The notes under the pieces are model-generated. The model did no database searches. It saw nothing but the letters and a program-made list of their open reading frames with translations, and was not told the DNA's origin. Position numbers and translations under genes: made by a program. Shown here piece after piece: positions 48,998 through 61,837 of a DNA stretch of 64,000 nt. The DNA is taken from positions 1,152,001 to 1,216,000 of the forward strand of contig CAWHIJ010000003.1 in NCBI GenBank assembly GCA_963829525.1, read 5' to 3'. Source of the stretch: an uncultured Actinomycetota bacterium. GTDB lineage: Bacteria > Actinomycetota > Actinomycetes > JAHEKZ01. How positions within the stretch are numbered: position 1 is the first letter of the stretch; the number at the start of each line of letters is the position of its first letter.

Positions 48998-51008
48998 ATG
49001 AGCTCGTTGCGCAGCAAGGACCTGTGGCTTGGACTACTTTCTGTCCTCTGCCTGTCACTGATCGTGATATCAACCTGGGCTCTGCTGACGAGGGGTCCAG
49101 ACGATGGGGCGGCGTCGGGAATGCAGCAGTTCTGGGTGGCACCAGATGGTGACGACAGCGCGTCGGGCTCACGCGAGGATCCGTGGGCAACGCTGCAACA
49201 CGCAGTGGACGAGAGTGAGCCCGGTACAACCGTCTACGTGAGAGGCGGGAGCTACGAACAGCAGCTCTCCTTCAGCCGCTCGGGTGAACCGGGGCAACCG
49301 ATCACCGTCATCGCTGAAGCGGGTGAACAACCAGTTCTCGACGGCTCGGGGCTGGACGTGACTGCCGGACAGTCGGCGATGGTCAAGATCGACGGTCAAC
49401 ATGACGTGGTCGTCGATGGCCTAGAAATTGCCGGGTACCGGTCGGATGTCAGCGGTGAGGTCCCGATCGGGGTCTTCGTCGTCGGTGAGACCACGGATGT
49501 CCGGTTGGCAAACCTCAACATCCACGACTTGGGCACAACCTTCGACGGGCGCAACGGCGGGGACGCCCATGGAATTGCGGTCTATGGAACATCTGCTGAG
49601 CAGCCGATTTCGGGACTGGAGATCGTCGACTCCGAGCTGTACGACCTGTCGTTGGGATCATCGGAAGCACTTGTCCTCAACGGCAACGTCAAGGACTTCT
49701 TGGTTGAGGGGAACCGAGTCCATGACACGAACAACATCGGAATAGATGTCATCGGATTCGAGGGAACCGCACCAGATCCGACTGTCGACCAGGCAAGGGA
49801 CGGCATTGTTCGTGGCAATGAGGTGTGGAACATCGACAGCAAGGGAAACCCTGCGTACGGGAATGACCGAAGTGCTGACGGCATCTATGTCGATGGCGGG
49901 CGAGACGTCTTGGTTGAAGCGAACGTGATCCACGATGTCAACATCGGGATCGAGCTGGCCAGTGAGCATGCCGATCGGGCGACTCGGAACATCACCGTTC
50001 GAAGCAACGTGGTGTACGACACAACGGCTATTGGCGTGGCCATCGGTGGCTATGACCGGCGGCGCGGAAGCACCGAGAGCTGCACTCTGGTCAACAACAC
50101 CGTGGTTCGGTCCGCTGGTCCGGCGCTGCTGGTTCAGTTTGACACCCGCGACAACCTGATTGCCAACAACGTGATCGTGGCCGGCGACAACCATGTCTTC
50201 ATCGAGAACCCATATCGTGAGAACGCGGGCAACACTGTTGACCACAACATTTACTGGGTGAGCGACGGATCGACCAGGGGGACTTGGGAGTGGAAGGGGC
50301 GTGAGTACGGGAATTTCGCGCGTTGGCGTGCCGAGTCGGGGATCGATCAGGACTCGGTCTTCGACGACCCCGAGTTTGTCGATCCGGCAGCCGACAACTA
50401 CGCGCTTCGTGAGAGCTCGCCCGGTGTCGACGCTGGTCTGCGCCTCGCGGTGGCCGGGACCAAGGACCTGCTCGGGGAAGCGCGCTCGCAAGGTACCGCC
50501 ATCGATGTGGGTGCGGTCGAGTTCAATTCCCCAGAGCCGAGCCCGACCCCGGAGATCAGCGGAACGGCCGTCGCGCTCGGCGACGTGAAGTGGATTTCGC
50601 AGTCGAACGGATGGGGGCCTGTCGAGGTCGACATGAGCAACGGAGAGCGCCCGCAGGGGAGATGGGCTGCCGTTGCGGATTGGGGCGATGGAGTTCGCCC
50701 GGGGCATCGGCACGCATGCCCCATCGCGGATTCTCTTCGATGTGCCGGAAGACTGCACGGTCTTCCTGTCGGACGTCGGACTCGATGAGGAAGTGGGTGA
50801 CCAGGGAACGGTGGTGTTCGAGGTGTACGGCGACGGCGACCTCTTGACCACAAGTGGGCTGGTGTTCGCCACCGATGAGCCGATCCCATTGGTCGCCGAC
50901 GTCACAGGGGTGAACCAGCTCGAGCTGGTCGTCACCCGTGGGGGCGACGGGAACGCGTTCGACCACGCTGACTGGGGAGACGCCCGGCTCGATTGTGCGG
51001 CCGGTTAG
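48998..51008 (+). CDS. Exported right-handed beta-helix protein with C-terminal NPCBM/NEW2 domain; +1 frameshift near 50657
   Basis: N-terminal TM, GSREDPWATLQHA, repeated N-x-V/I-H-D coils, GIYVDGG; NGWGPVE...DHADWGDA. Confidence 0.82.
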
Positions 51009-51032
51009 GACTGGCGGCGCGACGCGCTCTCG

Positions 51033-51521
51033 TCAGTTGCGCTCAAGGAGCCGAAGTCGCTCCTTCAGGCGGTCCAGGAACGGGACCTGGCCGAGGTTGA
51101 TCTTCGTGCGTGCCTGATCGAGCCTCATCCAGGTGGCCCGGTCGATTTCGGGGAACTCGCCCAGCAGCCCTGACCGTGGCGGCCATTCCATGGTGAACGT
51201 GTTGCTGCTGACCGTCTCCACCTCGAAGTCGGCCGCGATCGCGTAGGCCGTCACGAGCTTGCCGCTGGCCAGACGCAACTCGCCCAGGTGAGTGGGGTCT
51301 CCTGGTGGAGGCGGCTGTCCGATCTCCTCCTCAAACTCGCGAAGGGCAGCGTCCAGCGGATCCTCATCAGGGAGGTACTCGCCCTTGGCGATCGACCAGG
51401 CACCGTCGTCCTTGGACTTCCAGTAAGGTCCTCCAGGGTGAACGAGGAATACCTCGAGCCACTCACCCCGCCAGCGGTAGGGCAGCAAACCAGCACTGCG
51501 CTTCGACGTCCTCGATGCCAT
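51033..51521 (-). CDS. NUDIX hydrolase
   Basis: HPGGP, KGE...AALREFEEEIG, FPEIDRA. Confidence 0.92.
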   Translation of the reverse strand: MASRTSKRSAGLLPYRWRGEWLEVFLVHPGGPYWKSKDDGAWSIAKGEYLPDEDPLDAALREFEEEIGQPPPPGDPTHLGELRLASGKLVTAYAIAADFEVETVSSNTFTMEWPPRSGLLGEFPEIDRATWMRLDQARTKINLGQVPFLDRLKERLRLLERN

Positions 51522-51598
51522 GACAGAATCTTACGGACCGCAAGCCTGGAAGTGATCGGCTGAAGCGGCTGTTGTTGGGGTCGACACCGAACCGAAGG

Positions 51599-52842
51599 AT
51601 GCCCGTGACCGTCTCCCAAACGTTCCAAAGGCAACCGATCCAGATGTTCGGCACCCCTGGTGCCCCGACTGTCATCGTGCCAAGCAGTTCCTCAGCGAGC
51701 AACGCATTCCCGTACGAGTTCACCGATGTGGATGCCGATCCGGCCGGCCGCGAAACCGTGGAGCGGGTCAACGACGGCAAACTCATCATCCCGGTACTGG
51801 TGTTTGAGGACGGCAGCACTTTGGTTGAGCCGAGCAACGCCGACCTCGCGGCCAAACTGGGCCTGCGCACCGAGGCCCAGCATCGCTTCTACTCGTTGAT
51901 CATCGTGGGAAGTGGTGTCGCCGGTCTCACGGCCGCGATCTACGCCGCTCGTGAGGGTATCGCCACTCTTGTGATCGAGTCCGGGGCCGTCGGAGGCACG
52001 ATCGGGATGCACCGACCAGGTCGACAACTTCCCAGGGTTTCCCGATGGCGTGGCGGGTGGCGAGTTCGCCGATCGTCTGCGTCGCCAGGCCGAGCGCTTC
52101 GGCGTCGAGATCCTGTCGGCGACCGAAGTTGCGTCCCTTGCAGTCGACGATGACCAGAAGGTCGTGACCACAAGTTCCGGCGACGAGTACCGGTCGCATG
52201 CGTTGCTTGGTCGCGACGGGCTCGACCTACCGACGCCTTGGCATTCCGGGGGAGGAAGACTTCATCGGCTCCGGGGTGCACTTCTGCGCCACGTGCGACG
52301 GTGCCTTCTACCGCGGCGAGGAGGTCGTAGTCGTCGGCGGCGGTAACTCAGCAACTGAGGAGAGCCTGTTCCTCACCACGTTGGACCAGCGCATCACGCT
52401 GGTCACGACGGCCGACCGGCTCACGGCCAGCGCCGCCGTAGTCGACAAGGTGGAGCGAACGACGCAATCGATGTTCGTGTCAGCACCACGCCCGTCGAGT
52501 TCGTAGGTGAGAACGGCAAGCTGACCGGGCTTGTCGTCGAGGATCCCGCCGGAGTCCGAGAGACGATCAGAACACCGGCGGCCTTTGTCTTCATCGGGCT
52601 GACACCCAACGCCTTGCTGGTGAGCGAGCTGGTGGAGACCGACGCCTCAGGGATTCGTCAGGGCAGACATGGGCATGCAGACATCGGCTTCGGGAGTTTT
52701 CGTGGCCGGTGACGTACGTAGCGGAAGCACCAAGCAGGCGGCTGCCGCGGCTGGCGAGGGCGCAGCCGCAGCGATCGCGATTCGGCGTTACCTCGAGCCG
52801 TTCGGCGAGGCGATGCGTCCCAACGTCGTTGATACCGGTTAG
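51599..52842 (+). CDS. trxB: Glutaredoxin-like domain fused to thioredoxin reductase; about 6 single-base indels (errors or pseudogene)
   Basis: WCPDC, IVGSGVAG, DNFPGFP, FCATCDG, GGGNSA, AGDVR...GEGA across shifting frames. Confidence 0.78.
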
Positions 52843-52860
52843 GCCGGTTAGGGTGAGGCG

Positions 52861-53481
52861 GTGCCCCCATCCCTGTCGCTTCCCGAGCGCGTCGGTGGAC
52901 GCCTTTGCCTTGATTTCGTCAACACCGTCGACCCTCGCCGACCGAATGAAGGCCGTGACTACCTCGCCAGCTATGCCGATGTCCTTGGATGGTTCGAGAT
53001 GGTCGATGTGCCGCTGCCTCGGCCGATCTCCTGGCTGAGGAGGCGAGCCAAGGCCGCCGCGACAGAGGCATCGGTGGCTCACCGTCAGGCGGTGGCCATG
53101 CGTGAGGCAGCCTTCGCCCTGATCAATGCCTCGCGCCTCGGCGAAGAAGTTCGGACAAGCGACCTCGTGAAGCTGAACGACGCCCTGGGCGAAAGCATCG
53201 GTCACCGCGTCCTGGCGGCGTCGAATCGCGGCGGCGTCCGGGAGGAGTGGCGCACCTCCGACGCGCTTGCCCAGGTGCTCTGGCCGGTGGCGATCGACGT
53301 GTGGGACTTGCTGACCGAGCCAGAGCTGGCGCTGGTCCGGCAGTGTCCGCTGGAGGCCGGAGGGTGCGGGTGGCTCTTTCTGGACACGAGCCGGGCCGGC
53401 AACAGGCGGTGGTGTGACATGCGCACCTGTGGGAACCGCGCCAAGGTTCGCGCCCACTACTCGCGTAGCGCTCGCGGGTGA
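52861..53481 (+). CDS. ABATE/CGNR zinc finger protein
   Basis: LCLDFVNT; CGWLFLDTSR...WCDMRTCGNRAK. Confidence 0.93.
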   Translation: MPPSLSLPERVGGRLCLDFVNTVDPRRPNEGRDYLASYADVLGWFEMVDVPLPRPISWLRRRAKAAATEASVAHRQAVAMREAAFALINASRLGEEVRTSDLVKLNDALGESIGHRVLAASNRGGVREEWRTSDALAQVLWPVAIDVWDLLTEPELALVRQCPLEAGGCGWLFLDTSRAGNRRWCDMRTCGNRAKVRAHYSRSARG

Positions 53482-53535
53482 GCGCCTAGGCTCACACTGG
53501 TACGCCGGCTACTCCGAATCGCTTTGGGAGCTGAC

Positions 53536-54465
53536 ATGGATCTGACGATGGTCGGACTAGGTCGCATGGGTGGGAACATGGCCCGACGCCTGGGGCGCGG
53601 TGGACATTTGGTGACTGCAGTCGATCCGAGTCCAGCGGCTCGTGCCGCGATGGCCGATGAGCCGGGCGTGGTCGCAACACACCCGACGGTGGCCGACGCT
53701 GTCGCTGCGCAGGATGCGCCAAGAGTGGTTTGGCTGATGCTCCCTGCGGGGTCCGTCACCGAAGGGGTGATGGGCGAGTTGCGTGAGGTCCTGTCGCCCG
53801 GGGACATTGTCGTCGACGGCGGCAACGCCGACTACCGCGACTCCCAACGCGTGGCGGCCAGCATGTCTGACTGCGGCCTTGGGTTTGTCGACGTCGGGGT
53901 CTCCGGCGGAGTGTGGGGTCTTGAAGAGGGGTACGGCCTGATGGCAGGAGGGTCAGTTCCCGACGTTGAGCGGCTCATACCGGCCCTGAAGACACTTGCG
54001 CCCGCCCCGGACTCGGGTTGGGTGCACGCCGGGCCCGTAGGCGCCGGTCACTTCACCAAGATGGTGCACAACGGCATCGAGTACGGAGCTATGCAAGCCC
54101 TGGCTGAGGGATTTGCATTGCTCGAGGCTCGCGACGAACTCGTCACCGACGTCGCCGCGGTTGCCGAGGCATGGCGGCACGGAACGGTGATCCGGTCGTG
54201 GCTGCTCGACCTCACCGCGTCGGTGCTCAAGGACGAAGCGCCCCTTCAGGGCATCGCGCCGGTCGTCGCCGACTCCGGTGAGGGTCGCTGGACAGTGCGC
54301 GAGTCGATCGATACGGGGGTACCTGCGCCCGTTATTGCGGCCGCATTGATGCAGCGGTTCTCCAGCCAGGGCAACGGCGACTTCGCGAACCAGCTGCTGG
54401 CGATGATGCGGAACTCATTCGGCGGTCATGCAGTTGGGCGACGCCAAGAACCTGAAGCCCGGTGA
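53536..54465 (+). CDS. gnd: 6-phosphogluconate dehydrogenase (short form)
   Basis: GLGRMG, DGGN, KMVHNGIEY, DSGEGRW, FGGH. Confidence 0.94.
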   Translation: MDLTMVGLGRMGGNMARRLGRGGHLVTAVDPSPAARAAMADEPGVVATHPTVADAVAAQDAPRVVWLMLPAGSVTEGVMGELREVLSPGDIVVDGGNADYRDSQRVAASMSDCGLGFVDVGVSGGVWGLEEGYGLMAGGSVPDVERLIPALKTLAPAPDSGWVHAGPVGAGHFTKMVHNGIEYGAMQALAEGFALLEARDELVTDVAAVAEAWRHGTVIRSWLLDLTASVLKDEAPLQGIAPVVADSGEGRWTVRESIDTGVPAPVIAAALMQRFSSQGNGDFANQLLAMMRNSFGGHAVGRRQEPEAR

Positions 54466-56244
54466 TGAGCCGGACCTCGCACCTCTGAGAGGTTGTGCGC
54501 GGTATTCACCAGTGCGACATGGCTGAACGCCTGTGGAAAGTTGCCGAGCAGTTCACCCTTTACGGGATCAAACTCCTCCGACAGCAGACCGACGTCGTTA
54601 CGCAGTGAAAGCAGGCGCTCGAAAAGGGCATGTGCCTCGTGTGTCCGACCTTGAAGCGCGTAGTTGTCGGCGAGCCAGAAGGAGCAAGGAAGAAAGTAGC
54701 CCTTCACTTCCGGTGATCCCCTCCACATCGGCGTCTGGCAGGTACCGGAGCACGAGACCGTCGTGCACCAGTTCTTGCTCGATTGCCTTGACGGTGCCAA
54801 GCAGCCGTGGATCGTCGGCGGGCAGGAAACCTACGAGCGGCATCATGAGCAGGGCGGCATCGAGCGACTTTCCGCCATACGACTGCACAAACGTGTTTCG
54901 ACCGGCGTCGTAGCCGCGGTCGCACACCTCCGCATGGACTTCGTCGCGCAGCTGACGCCAGCGCGTCACCGGACCGGTACGGTCGAAGCGTTCGACTGCC
55001 TTTACGGCGCGGTCGAAACCCACCCATGCCATGACCTTCGAGTGGGTGAAGTGACGTCGAGGGCCACGCACCTCCCAGAGCGAGGAGTCCGGCCGTTCCC
55101 AGCTGGACTCGAGAAAGTCCAGAAGGACCCGTTGCAGGTTCCACGCGTCGACCGTTTCGGCGTCTGAACCGTCGAGGCTCCGCGTCAGATGGAGCACGTC
55201 GAGCACCTCGCCGATGACGTCTAGCTGAAACTGCCCGCGCGCGGCGTTACCTACACGAACGGGAGCCGATCCTCGATATCCGGGGAGCCAGTCGATGGTC
55301 TGTTCGTCGACACGTCGTTCGCCAGAGATGCCATACAGGATCTGTAGATCTTCCGGACGCCCTGCTGCTGCGCGAAGCAGCCACTCGCGCCACTCTCTCG
55401 CCTCGCTGTGGAAACCGTTCATCAACAAGGCGTAGAGCGTGAACGTGGCATCGCGAAGCCAGCAGTAGCGATAGTCCCAGTTGCGCGTGCCCCCGATCAT
55501 TTCCGGCAGCGATGTCGTCGGGGCTGCCAGGATCCCTCCGGTGGGGGCGTAGGTCAGTGCCTTCAAGGTGATCGCCGAGCGTCGCACCGCCTCTGCCCAA
55601 GGGCCCGAGACCGGACACTGCTCCATCCAGGTCTGCCACCACTGGCACGCCGCCGCGACGGCGACCTCGGGGTCGACGGCTGCAGGTGGAAGCTCATGCG
55701 ACGGGTGGTGGATGAGCACGAAGGACACCGTCTCGCCGGCGGACAGCTCGAACTCGCCCGTCGTCTGCAGGTCATGACCGACCAGTGGCACCGTGGTGTG
55801 AACGGCAACGGCATCGGGGCCGGCGACAGCCCGAAGGACGTCGTTCTGACGAGTGACCCAGGGAACGACGCTGCCGTAGTCGAATCGCAGGACAAGCTCG
55901 GTATACATCTTGACTCGTCCGGAAACTCCGGTGACTCTGCGCACCAGCGTGGGGCGCTCGGCCTCGGGAACCATGAGGTCGGTGATCGTCACCTCACCGG
56001 ATTGCGCGCGCATCGAGGTATCGAGAACCAACGTGTCGCCACGGTAGCGACGACGTACCTCCAGCACCTCATCGCGGGGGCGAATCAGCCAGCGACCGTG
56101 CTGTTCAGTACCGACAAGTGCCGCGAAGCAGGCCCCGGAGTCGAAGCGGGGGGCGCAGAACCAGTCGATCGAACCGTCGCGACCGACGAGCGCGGCAGTC
56201 CGTGTGTCGCCGATGAGTGCGTAATCGGATATTGGCAGCGTCAC
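54426..56244 (-). CDS. Glycoside hydrolase family 15 (trehalase/glucoamylase-like); +1 frameshift near 54701
   Basis: AAPTTSLPE, NWDYRYCWLRD, WEVR, SEE, GNFPQAFSH. Confidence 0.9.
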
Positions 56245-56245
56245 G

Positions 56246-56929
56246 TCAGGTCTTTGCCAATAGTGCAGCGGCCGGCGCATCTACGTATGCGGTGGCAGAC
56301 GCGCCCGTCACTGCGCGGGACGCTGGTGAGGCCGAGCGGTCTTGGGTCATCTCGCTCAGAGCCACTGCCTTGTCGGCCCCCGCAACGAGCCAGACCTGAT
56401 GGCGGGCACGGTTCAGCACCGGCAGGGTCAAAGACAGACGTCGGTAGCCGCCGAAAGCGTTTACCCACGAGACGTCTTGATTGACTGTTTCAACGGCTGG
56501 ATCGTCCGGTACCAACGACGCGGTGTGTCCGTCCGCGCCAAGCCCCAGGTGAACAACGTCGAGGACAACGGGTCCGCCGGTAACTGCCACGAGCTCCTTC
56601 GCATACGAGGTGTCGGCATCGTCGACCTCAACGGGCATGGGGTGTCGATGCGTGCGCGGCACGAGAGCGGCCAGAGGAAGAAGTTGGGTCCAGTTGCGTG
56701 CCGGGTCATCGGAGGGAACTGCTCGCTCGTCCACCTGACAGAGATGCACGAACTCCCAGGGCACCGACAACGTCGCGAGCTGGCTGACCATCAGCCCTGG
56801 AGTTCTTCCTCCGCTCATGGCGAGCGTGGCGCTACCACGTGTAGCGACCGCGGCCGCCAGCAGCTCGGCAATGGCGGCGGCGGCAGCATGGGCGGCCGCC
56901 GATGGCGTGGGATAGACGTCGAGATGCAT
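56246..56929 (-). CDS. pgl: 6-phosphogluconolactonase
   Basis: SGGRTP, VDERAV, LGLGADGHTASL. Confidence 0.9.
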   Translation of the reverse strand: MHLDVYPTPSAAAHAAAAAIAELLAAAVATRGSATLAMSGGRTPGLMVSQLATLSVPWEFVHLCQVDERAVPSDDPARNWTQLLPLAALVPRTHRHPMPVEVDDADTSYAKELVAVTGGPVVLDVVHLGLGADGHTASLVPDDPAVETVNQDVSWVNAFGGYRRLSLTLPVLNRARHQVWLVAGADKAVALSEMTQDRSASPASRAVTGASATAYVDAPAAALLAKT

Positions 56930-56934
56930 GCTGC

Positions 56935-58344
56935 CTACTGCGGTCCTGGTTCGTGCCAGCCACCGACGTCAGCGGCCAACGCGTCTCCTGCTGACGGTCC
57001 CCACGTGCCAGGCCGATACAGCTCAGGAGCCTCTTCGGACCGTCCGTCGAGCAGGCTGTCGACGATCGTCCAAGACGCAGCTACTGCGTCGGAGCGGGCA
57101 AACAGGGTGGGGTCACCGTCCATGGCGTCATCGATCAGACGCTCGTACGCGGTCATGGTGCCGACTTCGTCATCACTCATGTACAGCTCGACATTGCGGC
57201 CTACCTGAACATCTCCTGGTCTCTTGCTTCGGACGCCCAGGGCGATGGAAACACGATCGGGACCCAACCTGAAACGCAGGTGGTTGCTGTCGCGGGGGAG
57301 TGTCTCGTCGAAGAGGCGTTGGGGTGGTCTGTGAAAGGTGGCGAGAACCTCCGTGGCGGTGACCGGAAGGTGCTTGCCCGTCCGGATCAGGAACGGTACA
57401 CCGCTCCACCGCCACGAATCGACGCAGAGACGCAGCGCTGCGTACGTCTCGGTGGTCGAGTCCTGGGCCACACCCGGCTCATCGGTGTAGCCGACGTACT
57501 GGCCGCGGACGAGGTCCCCCCGTTCTGGCTGTTGGATGGCGTTGAGCACCTTGACACGCTCGTCACGCAGCGGGCCCGGCGCCATGCTCACCGGAGGTTC
57601 CATGCTGAGCAGCGACACGACCTGCAGCAGGTGGTTCTGCACGACATCGCGCACGGCCCCGAGCTCTTCGTAGAGCGCTCCGCGTCCTTCGACACCAAAG
57701 CCTTCGGCCATCGTGATCTGAACACTGGAGACATGGCTGCGGTTCCACAACGGCTCGAGGAAGGAGTTGGCGAACCGGAAGTAGAGCAAGTTCTGCACCG
57801 ACTCCTTTCCCAGGTAGTGGTCGATGCGGAAGACGTCCTCTTCTCCGAACGCGCCATCGAGGGCGTTGTCGAGCTCGCGCATCGAGGCGAGGTCTCGACC
57901 GAAGGGCTTCTCCACCACCACTCGGCCGCGTGATGCCAGCCCTGCGGTCGCCAGTTGATGCACGACGACCTCGAAGAGACTCGGCGGAATCGCCAGATAG
58001 AAGAGGGGGCTGCTGCACCCCTTCAGAGCCTCGGTCAGTCGAGTGAAGGTATCCGGGTCGCTGTAGTCGCCCGCAACAAACACGAGTTGCTTCTCGAGCT
58101 CGTCGACTGCAGCTGGATCGGCATCCTCGGCGTGCTCGGAGATGCTGCTGCGAATGTGGTCGCGGAGCCACTGCTCAGTGCGATCACCGCGTGCAACGCC
58201 GACCACCGGCACCTCTAGGCGTCCGCGGCGAGCGAGGTTGTGGAGGGCGGGGAAGATCTTCTTGTAGGCAAGGTCGCCGGTGATGCCAAAGACCACCACG
58301 GCGTCGCAGGCATCGGCAGGACGCGGTGCCCGCTCACCCATCAT
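56935..58344 (-). CDS. zwf: Glucose-6-phosphate dehydrogenase
   Basis: [21 protein letters not shown]. Confidence 0.96.
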   Translation of the reverse strand: MMGERAPRPADACDAVVVFGITGDLAYKKIFPALHNLARRGRLEVPVVGVARGDRTEQWLRDHIRSSISEHAEDADPAAVDELEKQLVFVAGDYSDPDTFTRLTEALKGCSSPLFYLAIPPSLFEVVVHQLATAGLASRGRVVVEKPFGRDLASMRELDNALDGAFGEEDVFRIDHYLGKESVQNLLYFRFANSFLEPLWNRSHVSSVQITMAEGFGVEGRGALYEELGAVRDVVQNHLLQVVSLLSMEPPVSMAPGPLRDERVKVLNAIQQPERGDLVRGQYVGYTDEPGVAQDSTTETYAALRLCVDSWRWSGVPFLIRTGKHLPVTATEVLATFHRPPQRLFDETLPRDSNHLRFRLGPDRVSIALGVRSKRPGDVQVGRNVELYMSDDEVGTMTAYERLIDDAMDGDPTLFARSDAVAASWTIVDSLLDGRSEEAPELYRPGTWGPSAGDALAADVGGWHEPGPQ

Positions 58345-58503
58345 TTCTGGGTACCCCTTCCGCGCGGCTCGACGGTCCGTGCTCCTGTCTTATCCACCCT
58401 AGTAGGCGGTCGTGGTTTTGCTGTCCACAGAACGAAAGGGGCCGGCTGCGCCGATTGCCGGTCTTGACGCACGCTGGCGTCTTCCGACTCGGAGGAGGAT
58501 GCA

Positions 58504-58950
58504 GTGAATGAGATCTTCGTGACCGTCAACGGCACCGTCGGCACCGACGTGCAGCTGACATCGGGCGAGCGCAGCAACCGGGCGAGGTTTCGGCTGGCGA
58601 CGGCCGAGCGCTACCTCGACCGGTCAACGAACCAGTGGGTTGAACGGGAGACCGTGTGGCTCGACGTCATCTGCTTCCGAAAGTTAGCCGACCATGTCGC
58701 AGCATCGGTCAGGAAGGGACAACCGGTGATAGTCCGGGGTCGGCTTCGGGTCTCCCGTTGGGAAGGTGAGAACGGCCCCCGCGAGACGCTCGAGGTGCTC
58801 GCCACGTCGGTGGGCCACGACCTCGCCCTCGGCCAGGCCTCCTTCGCCCGCCCGCCACGACCGGATCGGGAGCCGAGTCCACCGGCGGAGGCAGCGCCGA
58901 CTCCTTCGCCTGAGTTCGCGACGGGGGAGCAGGTTCCCGACGTCGCCTGA
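58504..58950 (+). CDS. ssb: Single-stranded DNA-binding protein (SsbB type)
   Basis: VTVNGTVG, FRLA, KGQPVIVRGRL, VGHDL. Confidence 0.88.
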   Translation: MNEIFVTVNGTVGTDVQLTSGERSNRARFRLATAERYLDRSTNQWVERETVWLDVICFRKLADHVAASVRKGQPVIVRGRLRVSRWEGENGPRETLEVLATSVGHDLALGQASFARPPRPDREPSPPAEAAPTPSPEFATGEQVPDVA

Positions 58951-59010
58951 CGACTCAGTCTGCCCCGACCGGGGCAGAGGTGAGGGGGTGCCGGTCGTTA
59001 GGCTTCCTGC

Positions 59011-60681
<1,671 letters not shown>

Positions 60682-60691
60682 GCGCGCTTCC

Positions 60692-61108
60692 ATGGCCAAG
60701 CATCGATTCAAGTGCTCGTTGCGCTGGTCGGACATGGATGCCTATGGCCACATCAACAACACGACCTTCTTCACCTACCTGGAAGAGGCGCGGGTCGACC
60801 TCCTCTTCGTCAATGCCGGCGGTGAAGTCGCTCGCGAGCGGTTGTCGTCCGGCGTCGTCGTTGCGCGTCACGAGATCGACTACAAGGCACCCCTTGTGTT
60901 TCGACCTGAGCCGGTGGCGATCGACGTCTGGGTGGCACGGCTGAGCAACTCCTCGTTCGAGCTGCGCTACCAGATCCTGGATGACGATGGGCCCGTCTAC
61001 GCCGAGGCGGCAACGGTCCTTGTGCCGTTCGACATCGCTCGCGGACGTCCCCGGCGGGTCTCTGACGAGGAGCGAGCGGCTCTTGAGCCGTTCCTCGAGC
61101 CGGTATGA
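60692..61108 (+). CDS. Acyl-CoA thioesterase (4HBT family)
   Basis: RWSDMDAYGHINN, YLEEAR. Confidence 0.93.
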   Translation: MAKHRFKCSLRWSDMDAYGHINNTTFFTYLEEARVDLLFVNAGGEVARERLSSGVVVARHEIDYKAPLVFRPEPVAIDVWVARLSNSSFELRYQILDDDGPVYAEAATVLVPFDIARGRPRRVSDEERAALEPFLEPV

Positions 61109-61737
61109 CAGGCGTAGAGCTCGCTGGGGAGGCCGACCGTCAGGGCCTCGTTCAGTACCTCGAAAGGCTGGTCGCACTGGACAACCGGGCGGCGGTGCGT
61201 CTGCAAGCCGGTGGACCAGTTGTCGGGGTCTGGAGTGGTCCGCCCTTCGAGGTCGTGGCACTGCGCCCGGTTGCACTCGCCGCCCCGGCGCAGCTGGACG
61301 CGACCGTGTCGGCGCAGCGGCTGCTCGAGCGCGTGCGTGAGGCACTTGCAGTCGAGGTTCCACCCGCGGTCAGTGGCCCGAGCTGGGTGGGGCTGTTGCC
61401 GCCGCGCAGCGGTTGGGAGGAGCGGATCCGCGGTGACGTCGCGAACGTGCGTGCCGCGGTGGACACGGCCAAGCACTTCTTCCGTGAGCGTGCTGAGGGG
61501 GTCACCGATCGAACTGACTTGGAGCAGATTGCACAGGACGTGTGGGAACGCACCTGTCTCGGTGAGGTCCCAGTGCGATCGGCCCATGCGGCTGAGTCGT
61601 TGGGATTGATGGGGCCAGGTGAGGGTGTCGCTGTGGCCTACTCCACCGACACGTGGACTCGGCTCTCGGTGCCCGGTGGCAGCGTCGCTGCCCGTCGAGG
61701 CCTGTTCCCATCGATCTCGGTATTCGCGTTGCTCTGA
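61105..61737 (+). CDS. Conserved actinobacterial hypothetical protein
   Basis: AAVRLQA, W-x-GLLPPRSGW; usual neighbour of ettA-thioesterase. Confidence 0.8.
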   Translation: MTGVELAGEADRQGLVQYLERLVALDNRAAVRLQAGGPVVGVWSGPPFEVVALRPVALAAPAQLDATVSAQRLLERVREALAVEVPPAVSGPSWVGLLPPRSGWEERIRGDVANVRAAVDTAKHFFRERAEGVTDRTDLEQIAQDVWERTCLGEVPVRSAHAAESLGLMGPGEGVAVAYSTDTWTRLSVPGGSVAARRGLFPSISVFALL

Positions 61738-61837
61738 GCGGGAGATCACCCACCCGTAGCCCACATGCACGAGCCCGAATGGGTGACACGAAGATCGTTT
61801 GGTCAAGACCGGGGCGTGCGAGGGACGACACACCCGT

